NCBI GenBank assembly: GCA_963666285.1
Contig: OY762711.1
Strand: one strand, 5' to 3'
Length of the DNA: 64,000 nt
Source of the DNA: Sedimentisphaerales bacterium
Lineage (GTDB): Bacteria; Planctomycetota; Phycisphaerae; Sedimentisphaerales; SM23-30
A model generated the notes under the pieces. It had not been told where the DNA came from. It did not search any database and saw nothing but the letters and a program-made list of their open reading frames with translations. The number at the start of each line of letters is the position of its first letter. Positions within the stretch are counted from its first letter, which is position 1. This document shows, piece after piece, positions 11,101 through 21,802 of this stretch. Made by a program: the position numbers and the translations under genes.

Positions 11101-12696
11101 ACGCAGCGGATCGATCGGCGGGTTGGTTACCTGTGCGAACAATTGCTTGAAGTAGTTGAATAAAAGTTTAGGACGATTACTCAATACCGCCAGCGGGCTG
11201 TCATTACCCATTGAGCCGATAGGCTCCTGACCGTTAACCGCCATCGGCTTCATAAGAACGTTCAGCTCTTCGCGGTTATAACCAAAACCTCGCATCAGGC
11301 GAGTGGTTTCTTCCGGGGTGGCAGAACCAAGCTTTTTAGGCTGGAACATGCCGCGAAGTTCGATACGATTTTCTTCCAGCCATCTGCGGTAAGGCTGCTG
11401 GCGGGATATTTTACTCTTGATTTCATTATCAGTAATAACACGACCGGCTTCGGTATCAACCAGGAACATCTTACCGGGCTGCAGTCTGCCTTTACGCTGG
11501 ATCTGCTCATCGGGGAATTCCTTAACACCGATTTCACTGGCAAGCACCATAATGCCGTCGGTTGTGATTACATAACGACAAGGACGCAGACCGTTACGGT
11601 CGAGGGTACCGCCAACCAGGCGACCATCAGTGAATACCATCGCCGCCGGGCCATCCCATGGCTCCAGGACAGATGAATGATACTCATAGAAAGCACGTTT
11701 ATCTGTACTGATATGATACCTGGCACCAAACGCTTCAGGAACCATCATCATCATGGCATGCGGCATAGAACGACCGGCCTGTACCATAAGCTCAAGAGCA
11801 TTGTCAAAGGTAGCAGAGTCGCTGTCACCCTTGGTCAGAATCGGCTTGATAGCGTTGAGGTCAGCACCGAACAATTCGCTTTCAAAGCGTTTCTCGCGGG
11901 CACGCATACGGTTGAAGTTACCACTGAGGGTATTGATCTCACCGTTATGAGCCAGGCAGCGGAACGGCTGAGCCAGACGCCAGTTCGGGAAGGTATTGGT
12001 ACTGTATCGCTGATGAACCAGTGCCAGAGCGGTCATCATCCGTTCATCATGCAGCTCCGGATAGTAAGCGAACAGCTGAGGAGCGAGGAACATACCTTTA
12101 TAACAGATAGTCCTGCAGGACATACTGGTTATATAGAAATCTTCCGCTTCCTGACCGAAAGTCTTCTGCACTGCCAGCTCAGTTGCCCGTCGAGCAGTAA
12201 ACAGCTTGCGTTCAAACTCATCGCCGGTCATGCCGCAGCCATCGATAAACATCTGACGGATGCTCGGCTCGGCACTCTTGGCAATCTTGCCCAGGCATGA
12301 GCTGTCGCCCTCTACCTCGCGCCATCCCAGAACCTTCATGCCGTATTTCACTACGGTATCTTCCAGTTCCTTGTCACAGCGATGGCGTAATGCGGTATCT
12401 TTCGAGCCAAATACCATAGCCACGGCATATTTGCCCCGTTCCGGCAGATCAAACCTGACTTCTTCTTTGAAGAACTCATGAGGGATCTGGAACAGTATGC
12501 CGGCACCGTCACCGGTCAGGCCGTCACTACCGGCCGCACCGCGATGCTGGATATTCATTAGTATCTCGCTGCCGATTTGTATGATGTTGTGGTCTCGCTT
12601 ACCGGATATATTACATACCGCACCGGTACCACAGGCATCATGCTCTAACTGCGAGTTATACAAGCCAAATTCTTTGGGTTGTCGTCGCGAACTCAC
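8140..12696 (-). CDS. gltB: Glutamate synthase large subunit
   Basis: [51 protein letters not shown]; likely GTG start at 12696 with AAGGAG RBS (ORF track starts at 12723). Confidence 0.98.
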   Translation of the reverse strand: MSSRRQPKEFGLYNSQLEHDACGTGAVCNISGKRDHNIIQIGSEILMNIQHRGAAGSDGLTGDGAGILFQIPHEFFKEEVRFDLPERGKYAVAMVFGSKDTALRHRCDKELEDTVVKYGMKVLGWREVEGDSSCLGKIAKSAEPSIRQMFIDGCGMTGDEFERKLFTARRATELAVQKTFGQEAEDFYITSMSCRTICYKGMFLAPQLFAYYPELHDERMMTALALVHQRYSTNTFPNWRLAQPFRCLAHNGEINTLSGNFNRMRAREKRFESELFGADLNAIKPILTKGDSDSATFDNALELMVQAGRSMPHAMMMMVPEAFGARYHISTDKRAFYEYHSSVLEPWDGPAAMVFTDGRLVGGTLDRNGLRPCRYVITTDGIMVLASEIGVKEFPDEQIQRKGRLQPGKMFLVDTEAGRVITDNEIKSKISRQQPYRRWLEENRIELRGMFQPKKLGSATPEETTRLMRGFGYNREELNVLMKPMAVNGQEPIGSMGNDSPLAVLSNRPKLLFNYFKQLFAQVTNPPIDPLREGLVMSLMSFTGKQQNLLTESPEHCRQLKIPHPILTSDDMDLLRANTREDFKVATIDALFDAKAADPGKALKKGLDKLLADAEKVIEDGASLIIVSDKGFNEEKAAIPSLLATAALNHGLLNKGLRGEAGLVIETAEAREVMHFCLLCGYGANAVNPYLAFEALHLLKQEGDLPADKEDTVYVDNYIAAIKKGILKTMSKMGISTLRSYHSAQLFECVGINKAVIDEYFTGTASRIEGIGLGQIAAEAIKRHDEAFTPKKIGAMDLEHGGEYHYRKSGEQHLLTPEAIALVHQAIRNNDFATFKKYSAIIDRQAERRCTLRGMFEFIPGTPVSIDEVEPANEIVKRFCTGAMSHGSISKEAHESMAIAMNRIGARSNTGEGGEDSARYTLDPNGDDRSCRIKQVASGRFGVTMDYLSRAEMIQIKMAQGAKPGEGGQLPGHKVSEEIARLRFSTPGVTLISPPPHHDIYSIEDLAQLIYDLKCAGNGAQVSVKLVSEVGVGTVAAGVSKGNSDEVLISGYDGGTGASPLSSIKHAGLPWELGLAETQQTLVLNGLRDRIIVQADGQLKTGRDVVIAALLGAERFGFGTTALIALGCVMMRKCHLGTCPVGVATQTDCLRKKFNGDPAHLVNFMMFVAEEVREIMAQLGFRKFEDMVGQVQYLAREKAIDHWKAEGLDFSAIFKVPEVHEGETLYCSKKQENPLEQSYDWKIIEQAKPAIENKEKTVVEMETKNIYRTVGTIMSNLIVKKHGAKGLPDNTLEVKLKGSAGQSFGAWLCPGVTLNLTGDANDYLGKGLSGGRIVVKTPEACPFEAHNNIIVGNTLLYGATGGEVFINGLAGERFCVRNSGARAVVEGVGDHGCEYMTNGVVVVLGTTGRNFAAGMSGGIAYVYDEHQLFDTLCNLDMVDLENVWLDEDKELLLDLVQKHYKWTGSKQAKRLLDNWDEAVGMFVKVMPIDYRRALQQMKEKESRLTEQTPATEEVFNNG

Positions 12697-13132
12697 TGGA
12701 TTGTCTCCTTGTGTTAACTTCAAGCCATTATAATTATAGTCTCGCCGGAGTACCCTTCGCTTTTCAGCGAAAGTGGCGGAACATTATTCTACCGATCCTT
12801 CAGCAACTAATGCCACTGTCTCCCTACATTTTTTCCTGCTATGAAACCACTCTCCGAGACATACAAGTCCTGTCTCTTTAAGTATATACATACAGTCCAA
12901 CTATTATACCACCGTTACTAAACCTGTAAAGCGACATTTATGTAAGAAATCACATCTTTGTAACTATTATGCTCTTAATTTATTCAAAAATCCCAAGTTA
13001 GAGCGACTATTTTTTCAACTTTTCTCAAAAAATTCTCGAAAAAAGATCAAAAACGACAAAAAAGTCTCGATTTTTTCAGACCTCATTTTTTCAATTCTAC
13101 AGAAAAGTGATCTAAATAATGGGCGTATTTCT

Positions 13133-13185
13133 CTGGATATATTATTCCGAAACTATATGATATAAAATGTCGGTTTTGGGCCGGA
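13133..13185 (+). repeat. Copy 1 of a ~53-bp upstream motif shared with 19052-19105
   Basis: CTGGATATA...AAACTATAT...ATGTCGGTTTTGGGCCGGA present at both loci. Confidence 0.7.
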
Positions 13186-13229
13186 TATATGTGATAGTTT
13201 CTAACATAATCGTAAATGGAGAATCTGTA

Positions 13230-16148
13230 ATGGAACCGTTATTATATTTTGCCGGGATATTTATATTTCTAAAGGTAGCTCAAATCGCTGCTACTGCCAA
13301 CAATCTCAGAAACATAAGGTTTAAATATGGAGATAGCAATGTAATAGAAGTTGATACTGTTCCAGAACATATCAGGCACTTTTTTGAGCAGCAAGCAAAA
13401 CAAATTACAAATCTAGGCTTTAATTTTTCTCACTGCCAGCTAGCAGATGAACCGGTATCTTCTGATTATTCCAAAGTATATGAATTTATCTATTTTCATC
13501 CGGAACATAACAGCTATGCCAACCTGGTTCAACATGAAGCGCCAGATAAAATAAGTCCCATAAAGTATGAGTTCAGCACAATATTGGATGATAATTCAAT
13601 TATCACCACCTTAAATGGAATACTGCATTGTTCGTTTAATACTCCTAACGTTCAATACTATGACCATTATGTCGATTCAGTTGAAAAACAATTCCAGCTT
13701 CATATTAAAAATGTATCAGCCAATATCGGTAGCAGAAAGACAACCGTACTACTTCCGGAAGATTATGCCAAGCTTGAAAAACATCAAATGGCAAAATATA
13801 TTGACCAGTCCATAGCCAACGGCGAGCTAAAACCGGCACACGAAGAAAATACATATAAAATGAGTTTTATCTTTTCTTTAAGATTCGCGAGCAAAATGAT
13901 TTCCGGAATGCCAAAATCAACCAAACGTCATAATGCAGTTAAAGCTCAGGCCAAAAAACAAAATATAGTTTTGCAGGACGTCCCGGTTGAACTGGAAGTC
14001 GAAGCATTCCAAAAAAATAAACAAATCACAGAAGCTAAAAAAGGGGGATTCGTTCCTAATCTTATCATATTTATTATTAGTATGCTGGCCTTTATGATAT
14101 CATTCAGGGTGAGCTTGTCACTGGCAATTATCCTCCAAATGGTAGTTGTATTATTCATCCATGAGCTTGGCCATTATATAGCCATGTATATATTCAAATA
14201 TCAAGACCTGAAGGTTATGTTTATACCATTTCTGGGCGCCGCAACAATCGGTCAGGGTCATAATAAAACATCTGCTCTACAAAAAGTTATTGTTTACCTT
14301 ATGGGTCCGGCGCCAGGTATTATCATAGCAACTGTTCTATTGATATTTTTCCAGGATAAAGCACCTTTTATCAGGGAATTTGCAATTATGATGCTGACCC
14401 TGAATTATATTAACCTTTTACCAATTCTTCCACTGGACGGCGGCAGACTGTTTGAACTGGCTTTATTTTCCAAGTACAGATTTTTGAAAACAGGATTTAT
14501 TGCAATAAGTATCCTACTACTGGCAGCCGGAGCTGTTGTAGCGAATACCCCTATTTTATGGTTTCTGCCTATTGCCCTGCTGGTAAACCTGATATCACAA
14601 ATGAAAAACGGTAAGATAATATCAGAAATAAACAAACAAGTTGAAAATGAAAACCTCGAAAATAGTGATAATGTTCTGCTGCCAAGAATATTTAAGGCTT
14701 TACAAAAAGAACCTTTCAGTGAGATGAAATATACCCAAAAAAGCGGTATTGTAAAGAATATCCTAGCTGCCATAGCAATAAAAAAAGTGTCACTAGGAGA
14801 ATCTATCCTGGCGTTAATACTCTACGGTGCAGTTTTCATTTCTCCATTTGTTATAATTATTATTGCCGGTTTTACCATGGGACTCTCTGGAATATACTCA
14901 AATAACTCTTCCGGTGTTTATTCCATTTCCCCTTCTCCAAACAAGGAAATGTTCATCGTCAACGGTAGCCATAATGCATTCAGTCAATATAATTATATAC
15001 TTGACAGAGAAGGTAACAAAATAATGGATCTTGATAGAAATGCAGTTTTTAACAACTATCTTTGCTGGTCACCTAACCCAGATTCTAAGTTTATAGCTTT
15101 TTCATATCCCAAAAAAGGAAATCTGTTTTCATCAGAAAGCTCCGCTATAACCAGAGAGCCCCTTGTATTGCTTGACATGGAAACCAGTAAACAAATAACG
15201 ATTACAAACAATGCCATCTCGCAAGATTGTGGTTTTAACTACAAATATTGGGATAAACAAGGCAACTACCTGCTTGGTATCACCTTTGAAAAAGAAACAC
15301 CATGGCAAATAAAAGATCTGTTCCGTCATGAAATCGCCAGCAACACAATCAACAGTATTGATATTAGTGAACTGAACTGTACTACATATGCAGATATGAA
15401 TTTTACCGACCGCGATAAAGTAATATTAACTGTAGATCAAGACGATTATGATTCTATCAGCATGGAATTTGCATCTGTTAATATTGGAACTAAAGAGATA
15501 AAGAGGTATAAATACGAAGACGCAATCCAATGCAAACTTTCAAACGATGGTAAAACTGTTTATCTCCTGGATAAGATATTTGAAAACAATATCGTAAAAT
15601 ACCAAATTGCAAAATCTGAGCTGGATGATTCTAACCGATCTGAAACTGTGATAATCGACTCCAGCCACTTCCCTCAATTCAGCTTTGAAGATGCAGCACG
15701 GGGAAAAGAGCTAGACATATATTTTGAGCTATCACCCAAAGAAAACTGGCTCTGGTTTGAACTTGATAATTCAGAGGAAAAGACCGCTACACACATTTTC
15801 AATTTAAAAAATGAAGCAAATTGTATTCTTTGCGAACAAAACAGCAATTATTATTCCAACTTGTATTTCTCAGACACAGAAGATAAGATCCTGTTTAACT
15901 GTTACACCTTTGACTATGACGATACTGAAAACAATGAAGACCTCGTCTATCTATTTGATATGAAACAAGAACCCCCTGTCAGAACTATACTAAGTGAAAG
16001 TCTGGCCAAATGCGACAGCTTTGAATTCATCAATAACAGCCAGATATTGCACATTAAAGACATTCCAGGCGAAACAGAAAAAGATACAACCAGGGAATTA
16101 TGGCTATACGATATTGAAACAGAAGTGAATGAACCTTTTGAAAACTAG
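13230..16148 (+). CDS. Site-2 protease (M50) family membrane metalloprotease with long N-terminal domain and C-terminal beta-propeller-like region
   Basis: HELGH, MGPAPG and NLLPILPLDGG motifs; several TM segments; WSPN/LSPK-type repeats in the C-terminus; start 13230 with GGAG RBS. Confidence 0.85.
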   Translation: MEPLLYFAGIFIFLKVAQIAATANNLRNIRFKYGDSNVIEVDTVPEHIRHFFEQQAKQITNLGFNFSHCQLADEPVSSDYSKVYEFIYFHPEHNSYANLVQHEAPDKISPIKYEFSTILDDNSIITTLNGILHCSFNTPNVQYYDHYVDSVEKQFQLHIKNVSANIGSRKTTVLLPEDYAKLEKHQMAKYIDQSIANGELKPAHEENTYKMSFIFSLRFASKMISGMPKSTKRHNAVKAQAKKQNIVLQDVPVELEVEAFQKNKQITEAKKGGFVPNLIIFIISMLAFMISFRVSLSLAIILQMVVVLFIHELGHYIAMYIFKYQDLKVMFIPFLGAATIGQGHNKTSALQKVIVYLMGPAPGIIIATVLLIFFQDKAPFIREFAIMMLTLNYINLLPILPLDGGRLFELALFSKYRFLKTGFIAISILLLAAGAVVANTPILWFLPIALLVNLISQMKNGKIISEINKQVENENLENSDNVLLPRIFKALQKEPFSEMKYTQKSGIVKNILAAIAIKKVSLGESILALILYGAVFISPFVIIIIAGFTMGLSGIYSNNSSGVYSISPSPNKEMFIVNGSHNAFSQYNYILDREGNKIMDLDRNAVFNNYLCWSPNPDSKFIAFSYPKKGNLFSSESSAITREPLVLLDMETSKQITITNNAISQDCGFNYKYWDKQGNYLLGITFEKETPWQIKDLFRHEIASNTINSIDISELNCTTYADMNFTDRDKVILTVDQDDYDSISMEFASVNIGTKEIKRYKYEDAIQCKLSNDGKTVYLLDKIFENNIVKYQIAKSELDDSNRSETVIIDSSHFPQFSFEDAARGKELDIYFELSPKENWLWFELDNSEEKTATHIFNLKNEANCILCEQNSNYYSNLYFSDTEDKILFNCYTFDYDDTENNEDLVYLFDMKQEPPVRTILSESLAKCDSFEFINNSQILHIKDIPGETEKDTTRELWLYDIETEVNEPFEN

Positions 16149-16264
16149 TTCAATATTGATGTATATAGAATAGCAACCACCAATTTACCCGGTAAGTTTA
16201 GTAAGCTCATTAATAACCCCTACGGCTAAAGCCGTATGTTACTTAAAATTGGAACCGGGAATAA

Positions 16265-18748
16265 TCAGTCGGCCGGCAGCCAAACAGAAACGGTTGTACC
16301 TTTACCTACTTCGCTATCGATATCAATTTTGCCGTTATGTCTTTCGACGATAATCATATGGACGATATCCATGCCAAGACCGATTCCCTCGCCGGCAGGT
16401 TTGGTGGTAAATAAAGGTTCGAAAATCCTGGCCTGAATTTCCGGCGACATGCCGTAGCCCTGATCGATAACTTTGACAAGCACCCCATTATTATGGGCTT
16501 TTACGTCGATTCTGACTTTGCCGCTGTTATTCATGGCATGGATTGCATTTTGAATAATGTTTGTCCATACCTGGTTGAGCTGATCGGGATAGCAAGGAAT
16601 TTGAGGTAGATTTTCCTCGCATGTAATTTCCAACTCAACAAAGAACTTAAAGGTATTTTGAAATAACTGCAGTACTATCTCTATACCTTGTCTAATATCG
16701 GAAACAACCTTATTTTGCGTATCACCTTCTTTGCGAGTATAGCTGCGCAGGGCATTGACAATCTTTGAAGACTTATCAACAGCGGTTTTAATTGTATTGC
16801 AGGCAACATAGGAATCCAAAACGCTTTTAATAACACTCAGTTTATCGATAATATCATTCTGTCGAAGAAGAGGTAAAAAGTGATCCATCTTATCACATAC
16901 ATTAAACTCAACCAACACTGTTCCGATTTCATCGGCATTGTCAATACGGTTTTCTTTCAATCGAGCAATAATATCAGAGCGAACTTTCCGCTTTTCACTG
17001 AAACTCATTGTATTATTAATAGTGCTGCTATCCATTAATTCCGAAAGTAAATTTCCGTCAGTTTCGTTCAGCCACCGAGAAATATCGGTAATATGACTTA
17101 CCAGCAATTTTATGCCTTTTTCCAACAGTTCGCGAGAAGAATCAATCGCTCCCAGCGGATTGTTAATTTCATGTGCAATACCGGAGATAAGATGGCGTAA
17201 AACAGTCATCTTTTCAAATAATATAAGCTGGCTCTGGGTCTCCTGCAATCTAAAAATAGCTTCTTCCAGATCGGCGTTTTTCTTTTTGAGTTCCTCGGTA
17301 CGCTGCTGCACCCTTTGTTCCAGTTCGGCATTCAATCTACTGATCTTTTCCTCAGCCTGCTTACGCTCGGTAATATCCTGAGCAGCACCAAAAAGACCAA
17401 CAATTTTCCCTTTAGAATCAAATTCAGCTTTGCCATAAACCCACATCCAACCCTTACCACCTTCATTTCGAACGGTTTCAAGCTCTAGTTCATACGGCAC
17501 CCCTGTTCTAGCAGTGTTATCCAATGTAGATGTCAACCTTTCCCAGCTATCAGGAGTAAACAGTTTTTTGTGCTCAGGATACGGCGGCGGCGGTTTGGTC
17601 GGGTCAAAACCATACATTTTATATAGTTCCTCTGACCATACCACTTCGTTACTGGCAATATTCAGATGCCAGCTGCCGACATGAGCGATACGCTGCGACT
17701 CTCTCAGGTCTTCTTCACTTTCCTTTAAAGCTTTTTCAGTCAGTATTCGCTCGGTGATATCTAAAAATATAGTAGCAAACCTTCCCGGTTCAGGCGAATA
17801 TGCTGTAACATGGAAATATTTATCCAGTACTTTACTGTAATTTTCAAAATTAATACCCTTGCCGGTAATGACAACTTCACCATAGGTATCAATCCAGTGT
17901 TGTTCGCCGCCCGGCAGCGCCTCTCTGAAGGTTTTGCCGATCAAATTATCTGCTTTTAGACCCGTAAGCACTTCAAAGGCTGGGTTAACTTCCAGAAACC
18001 TGAAGTCGCAAGGCTTCCCTTCATCATCTAATATAATTTCATGCAGGGCAAACCCGGTCGAAAGATTACGGAATAGCAACCGATATGTTTCTTCACTTTT
18101 CAGAGCTTTTTTCCTGGCCGTGGTAAGCTCCGCATTAATTTCAACATATTTTCTATTCAGTCTCTCATATTCTTCATTGATCCTTTTCAGATTCTGCTTT
18201 TCTACCTCTTTTTGCCTGTTCTGCTCAAGAGCTACAAGATTTTCCAGACCGATATTACCTACAATTTCAGTTAATTGGACCAGAAATGAAATATAAGACT
18301 TTATCTGCTCCTCGGAAAAGACAGGAACTTTTGCCAGGTCATCCAGGTATGCCTTTTCATCGAAATTATATTTTTTCGCCTGGTTCCGAAAATATTCAAT
18401 ATCCGGCTCTTCGGTAAAAAATTGACCTGTGAAGAAATTTCCAATGTGATTATTACCGACAACAATCGGCATTGCAACATCCATCAGCCCGTTTTTGCAT
18501 TTATAGACATTATACTTTGAACCGCTCTTTAGATGACCGGCAAGAACAGTATCGCTTTCGGTACATAATTTCGATGTTTCAGGGTGTACCCGGTGGAATT
18601 TCGTACAGATCGGCTGCCAGCCGGTAGCAACATGGACATTGCCCTCAAGGTCAAGAATTGCAGTTACCACACCTGTAATATTAGTAAAACTTTCACATAA
18701 CTCATGCAATTCTTCTATATTATAAATATCGGTCAGATGATATTTCAT
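16265..18748 (-). CDS. Cytoplasmic sensor histidine kinase with PocR sensor and two PAS domains
   Basis: ICTKFHRVHPETSKLCTESD...YKCKNGLMD (PocR); PAS regions; HEINNPL H-box; NAIHAM, DQGYG, FTTK and GIGLG boxes. Confidence 0.9.
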   Translation of the reverse strand: MKYHLTDIYNIEELHELCESFTNITGVVTAILDLEGNVHVATGWQPICTKFHRVHPETSKLCTESDTVLAGHLKSGSKYNVYKCKNGLMDVAMPIVVGNNHIGNFFTGQFFTEEPDIEYFRNQAKKYNFDEKAYLDDLAKVPVFSEEQIKSYISFLVQLTEIVGNIGLENLVALEQNRQKEVEKQNLKRINEEYERLNRKYVEINAELTTARKKALKSEETYRLLFRNLSTGFALHEIILDDEGKPCDFRFLEVNPAFEVLTGLKADNLIGKTFREALPGGEQHWIDTYGEVVITGKGINFENYSKVLDKYFHVTAYSPEPGRFATIFLDITERILTEKALKESEEDLRESQRIAHVGSWHLNIASNEVVWSEELYKMYGFDPTKPPPPYPEHKKLFTPDSWERLTSTLDNTARTGVPYELELETVRNEGGKGWMWVYGKAEFDSKGKIVGLFGAAQDITERKQAEEKISRLNAELEQRVQQRTEELKKKNADLEEAIFRLQETQSQLILFEKMTVLRHLISGIAHEINNPLGAIDSSRELLEKGIKLLVSHITDISRWLNETDGNLLSELMDSSTINNTMSFSEKRKVRSDIIARLKENRIDNADEIGTVLVEFNVCDKMDHFLPLLRQNDIIDKLSVIKSVLDSYVACNTIKTAVDKSSKIVNALRSYTRKEGDTQNKVVSDIRQGIEIVLQLFQNTFKFFVELEITCEENLPQIPCYPDQLNQVWTNIIQNAIHAMNNSGKVRIDVKAHNNGVLVKVIDQGYGMSPEIQARIFEPLFTTKPAGEGIGLGMDIVHMIIVERHNGKIDIDSEVGKGTTVSVWLPAD

Positions 18749-19051
18749 ATTATCCCTATTGTTTGAAAGACACAAATGCATAAATTACCTAATTAGTTAC
18801 AAATAAGAAACTTAAGAGCCGATTAGCCACACAGCCTCAAACAAAACATACCATATATATATATATTATCGACTTATATATGACAGAATATAAATAAATT
18901 ACATCCATAATGAAGAACTCACTAAACAGACATATTAGCATAAAAACTGAAATTTAACACTGAAATACTAAAATCAATAACCGATTTCATATTATTGATA
19001 TCGTAATCGGTAAATATTGGAATTTTATTGGACGATTACCAGAGCATTTTA

Positions 19052-19105
19052 CTGGATATAGCCGGACCAAAACTATATCATTTAGGATGTCGGTTTTGGG
19101 CCGGA
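19052..19105 (+). repeat. Copy 2 of the shared upstream motif, containing an inverted repeat
   Basis: CCGGACCAAAAC (19062-19073) and GTTTTGGGCCGG (19093-19104) match 11/12 as an inverted repeat; 19 nt identical to 13167-13185. Confidence 0.7.
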
Positions 19106-19146
19106 AGAATATAGGAAATTCAATATTAACTCGAGAAGGATTTAAC

Positions 19147-21411
19147 ATGAATTCATTACGTATCAGATTATCACTCGTTATTCTACTTACATTTAACCTG
19201 GTAACTGCCTGGGCGGCGACTACATCATCAGAACTCGCCCGGCTTGTACCTGACAATACCATTTTTCTAATCTCTTGCAGCGGTGGCGAAAGCCTTAAAG
19301 CCGATTTCGAAAAAACTATTATAAGTAAGGTATGCCAAGACCCGCAGGTAAAGGTCTTTGTCGAGCAGCTGACAACATCACTCCAGGTAAGCAGTCCGCA
19401 GGTTAACGGCGCTATAAATATGCTGCCGCTGATAATCACTCCCATCCGGGATAGCCAACTGTTGAGCGAACCGCTGGTAATTGGTGCTGCTTATGACAAT
19501 CTTGACATTGAAAATGAGAAAGTAAACGGCTGTATTTATATCGCTGCTGCCGGCGGACCGGATAAGCGTGCGAAAATCCAGAATATGGTCCAGTCGTTCA
19601 GTTTCCTTACCGGCCAGCTAATGAGCCAGGACCAGACCGCGGATGATTACTACCAGTATGACTTCCCCGGAGCGAAATTAATCATGTCAGGCACAGAGTC
19701 CTGCACATTTATAACATTTGGAATGGCTGATAATGCCGATAAATATATGTCCGGCCTGATCGCAACCGCAAAAAAAAGTAACACCCGTAAGCCGGAGATT
19801 ATAAATATATTCGATAAATTTTCCGGCAGAAGCAGTGATATAAAAATTGCGATAAACACTCCCCTGATAATTTCCGAATTGAAGAAACTGCTCGAAATAC
19901 CTGAGATCAAATCCAAACTGGAAAATGATAGCGATGACGCAAAAATTGTTTATGGCTTACTCGACATCATTTCGCCGATGGGCAAGATCGGAGCCAGGAT
20001 CGGATTCAACGACAGCCAGATCGAAGTGGAAAATATTTGCGAGAATTTCGGCAATGTCGTCTTGAATGACTGCATGCTACCGGTCAACAAATCAGTTTTA
20101 AGAGCAGTTTCAAAAGACGTAACCGGCTTTTATCTAACCAATGTAAACCTGGAGAAGGTCATAGAGCAGGTAAAGTCACTTATCTTACAGTTTGACGGAC
20201 AGGAAACCCTGGATGATATAGCCGAAGGACTGGAAGATGCTAAAAGTGAAACCGGTATCGATCTCAGTAAAACCATCTTTACCAACTTTACCGGTGAGCT
20301 GCTTTTTTCATCAAACGGCACACAGACAGCAGCCATGCTCGGCAGTTCAGGCTATGCCATACTCGGAGTTAAAGACTGTGACCTGATGATAGAGACTTTC
20401 CAGAAGCTTATCGAGCTATTAAAAGAAAAAGCCGGTGCCGATATGAAAGTGAGCCTAGTCAAGTCTGAATACAACGGATATGAGATTAATTCTCTAATAT
20501 TGCCGCAGGTTTCGATAGTCGGTCTGCAGCCGGCATTTGCGAAAATTGATGATAATCATATCCTTATCACGAGCAACATATCTGAAGCAATCCCGATAAC
20601 ACAGCTTCTGAAAGCGGCAGACAGCAGTAACAGTATTTTGTCAAACCCTAAATACATTGCCGCTTCGAGTGGATGCCCTGATAACGCTTTTTCGGTTTCT
20701 TATTCCGATACATCCAGAAGCTGGAACGCCTTGAACACCCAGCTTTCAGCCATTTGGCCACTGTTGTCGATGGGGCTGGCCGAACAGGGTATCGTTCTGC
20801 CGCCGATGCTGCCGAATGTATCGTATCTTATGGCTGACGCACCTGGTACTATTTCATGGTCGGCCTTTAAGGATAAGGACTTGATATCGTATAACCGCGG
20901 GCTGGCTGTCAACACATCGATGATGAACGTCAATGGCGGCAGCGCAGCTATAGCAGTATCAATTCTTATGCCGGCATTGTCGCGGGCAAAAACACTTGCA
21001 AAGAATACTGTTTGTCAGACTAACTTGAAGGGGATCGGAGTTGCTACAGTAATATATATGAATGATCACAAGGGAAAAGCACCTGATACTCTTGAAGAAC
21101 TTACCGAAGCAGACCTCACGGAGAAATCAATGATCTGCCCGGAATGTGAAGAGAAATATACCTGGTGCGGTAAGGGCCTGGATGACAGCTGCCCATTTGA
21201 CGCTGTTCTTGCCTACTGCGAATGCCATCTTGATGACGATCTGGGCTATAATGTTCTGTATGCAGACGCTCATGTCGCAAAAGTGGACGAGGAAAAATTC
21301 ATCGAAGTTATGAAAAAGAACAATACAATTCGCAAGCAGCTCGGACTCGAACAGATCGACATACCCGGCACTATCGATGAAACGGAAGTTAAAGAACTCG
21401 ATACATTTTAA
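19147..21411 (+). CDS. Exported DUF3352-like protein with C-terminal pilin-like/H-X9-DG (DUF1559-like) domain
   Basis: Signal peptide; LARLVPDNTIFLIS; SILMPALSRAKTLAKNTVCQTNLKGIG; H...GYNVLYADAHV. Confidence 0.7.
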   Translation: MNSLRIRLSLVILLTFNLVTAWAATTSSELARLVPDNTIFLISCSGGESLKADFEKTIISKVCQDPQVKVFVEQLTTSLQVSSPQVNGAINMLPLIITPIRDSQLLSEPLVIGAAYDNLDIENEKVNGCIYIAAAGGPDKRAKIQNMVQSFSFLTGQLMSQDQTADDYYQYDFPGAKLIMSGTESCTFITFGMADNADKYMSGLIATAKKSNTRKPEIINIFDKFSGRSSDIKIAINTPLIISELKKLLEIPEIKSKLENDSDDAKIVYGLLDIISPMGKIGARIGFNDSQIEVENICENFGNVVLNDCMLPVNKSVLRAVSKDVTGFYLTNVNLEKVIEQVKSLILQFDGQETLDDIAEGLEDAKSETGIDLSKTIFTNFTGELLFSSNGTQTAAMLGSSGYAILGVKDCDLMIETFQKLIELLKEKAGADMKVSLVKSEYNGYEINSLILPQVSIVGLQPAFAKIDDNHILITSNISEAIPITQLLKAADSSNSILSNPKYIAASSGCPDNAFSVSYSDTSRSWNALNTQLSAIWPLLSMGLAEQGIVLPPMLPNVSYLMADAPGTISWSAFKDKDLISYNRGLAVNTSMMNVNGGSAAIAVSILMPALSRAKTLAKNTVCQTNLKGIGVATVIYMNDHKGKAPDTLEELTEADLTEKSMICPECEEKYTWCGKGLDDSCPFDAVLAYCECHLDDDLGYNVLYADAHVAKVDEEKFIEVMKKNNTIRKQLGLEQIDIPGTIDETEVKELDTF

Positions 21412-21525
21412 TTCCTGAAATATGAGCAGCCTGCATAAATACGTGCGGGCCAGTAACATATAGCCTAGCGAACCGGTGCGGTTCGGCAAATAACATGCCC
21501 CACAGCTGGTTCATATATTAAACTA

Positions 21526-21554
21526 TTGACATTGCTCATTTATGTCGATAGACT
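21526..21554 (+). promoter_or_regulatory. Sigma70-type promoter of the metG leader
   Basis: TTGACA (21526-21531), 17-nt spacer, TAGACT (21549-21554). Confidence 0.75.
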
Positions 21555-21600
21555 AATATATAGTAATAAACAAATAATGGCATTTACCAAGGAGTTTGTT

Positions 21601-21702
21601 ATGCCGAGCAATTTGACAAAATCAGAATTTCGAATGATGTCTCATATGGAGATGTCAAGGCGGACTCGGTTTGTCTTCTGCTCGGGAACTATGATACTTT
21701 AG
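21601..21702 (+). CDS. Met-rich leader peptide MPSNLTKSEFRMMSHMEMSRRTRFVFCSGTMIL (33 aa)
   Basis: AAGGAG RBS at 21589-21594; ATG at codons 12, 13, 16 and 18; overlaps the antiterminator 5' arm; below the ORF-track size cutoff. Confidence 0.8.
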   Translation: MPSNLTKSEFRMMSHMEMSRRTRFVFCSGTMIL

Positions 21703-21761
21703 ATTCTCTCAGAGCAGAAATTCAAGCCCGGAAGTCCCCAAATAGCTTCCGGGCTTTTTTT
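21665..21761 (+). promoter_or_regulatory. Attenuator: antiterminator plus intrinsic terminator upstream of metG
   Basis: Terminator stem AAGCCCGGAAG (21724-21734)/CTTCCGGGCTT (21746-21756) with T tract. Alternative stems TTCTGCTC (21676-21683)/GAGCAGAA (21712-21719) and GGTTTG (21668-21673)/CAAGCC (21723-21728). Confidence 0.8.
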
Positions 21762-21802
21762 ATTTATATAATCATACACAAAAATATAAAAACGAGAATC
21801 AA

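Noticed and set aside
8259..12733. Long plus-strand ORFs (349, 264, 207 aa and others) opposite gltB
   Set aside because: Antisense shadows of a highly conserved gene with no recognisable motifs. The same applies to the shadow ORFs over gltD, murF, mnmA, mlaF and dctP.
12724..12900. Possible glutamine (glnA-type) riboswitch upstream of gltB (minus strand ...ATGTAGG...GAAGGATCG)
   Set aside because: Only a loose resemblance and no convincing P1 stem by eye; an Infernal search would be needed.
16214..16241. Palindrome TACGGC-TAAA-GCCGTA between convergent genes
   Set aside because: Single short hairpin; could be a terminator or REP/IS200-like scar, but no second copy or transposase in the window.
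13167..19146. Identical MSVLGR N-termini of two ORF-track proteins (13167 and 19087) as a shared protein motif
   Set aside because: Better RBS-supported starts lie at 13230 and 19147; the identity comes from a DNA motif, reported as a finding.
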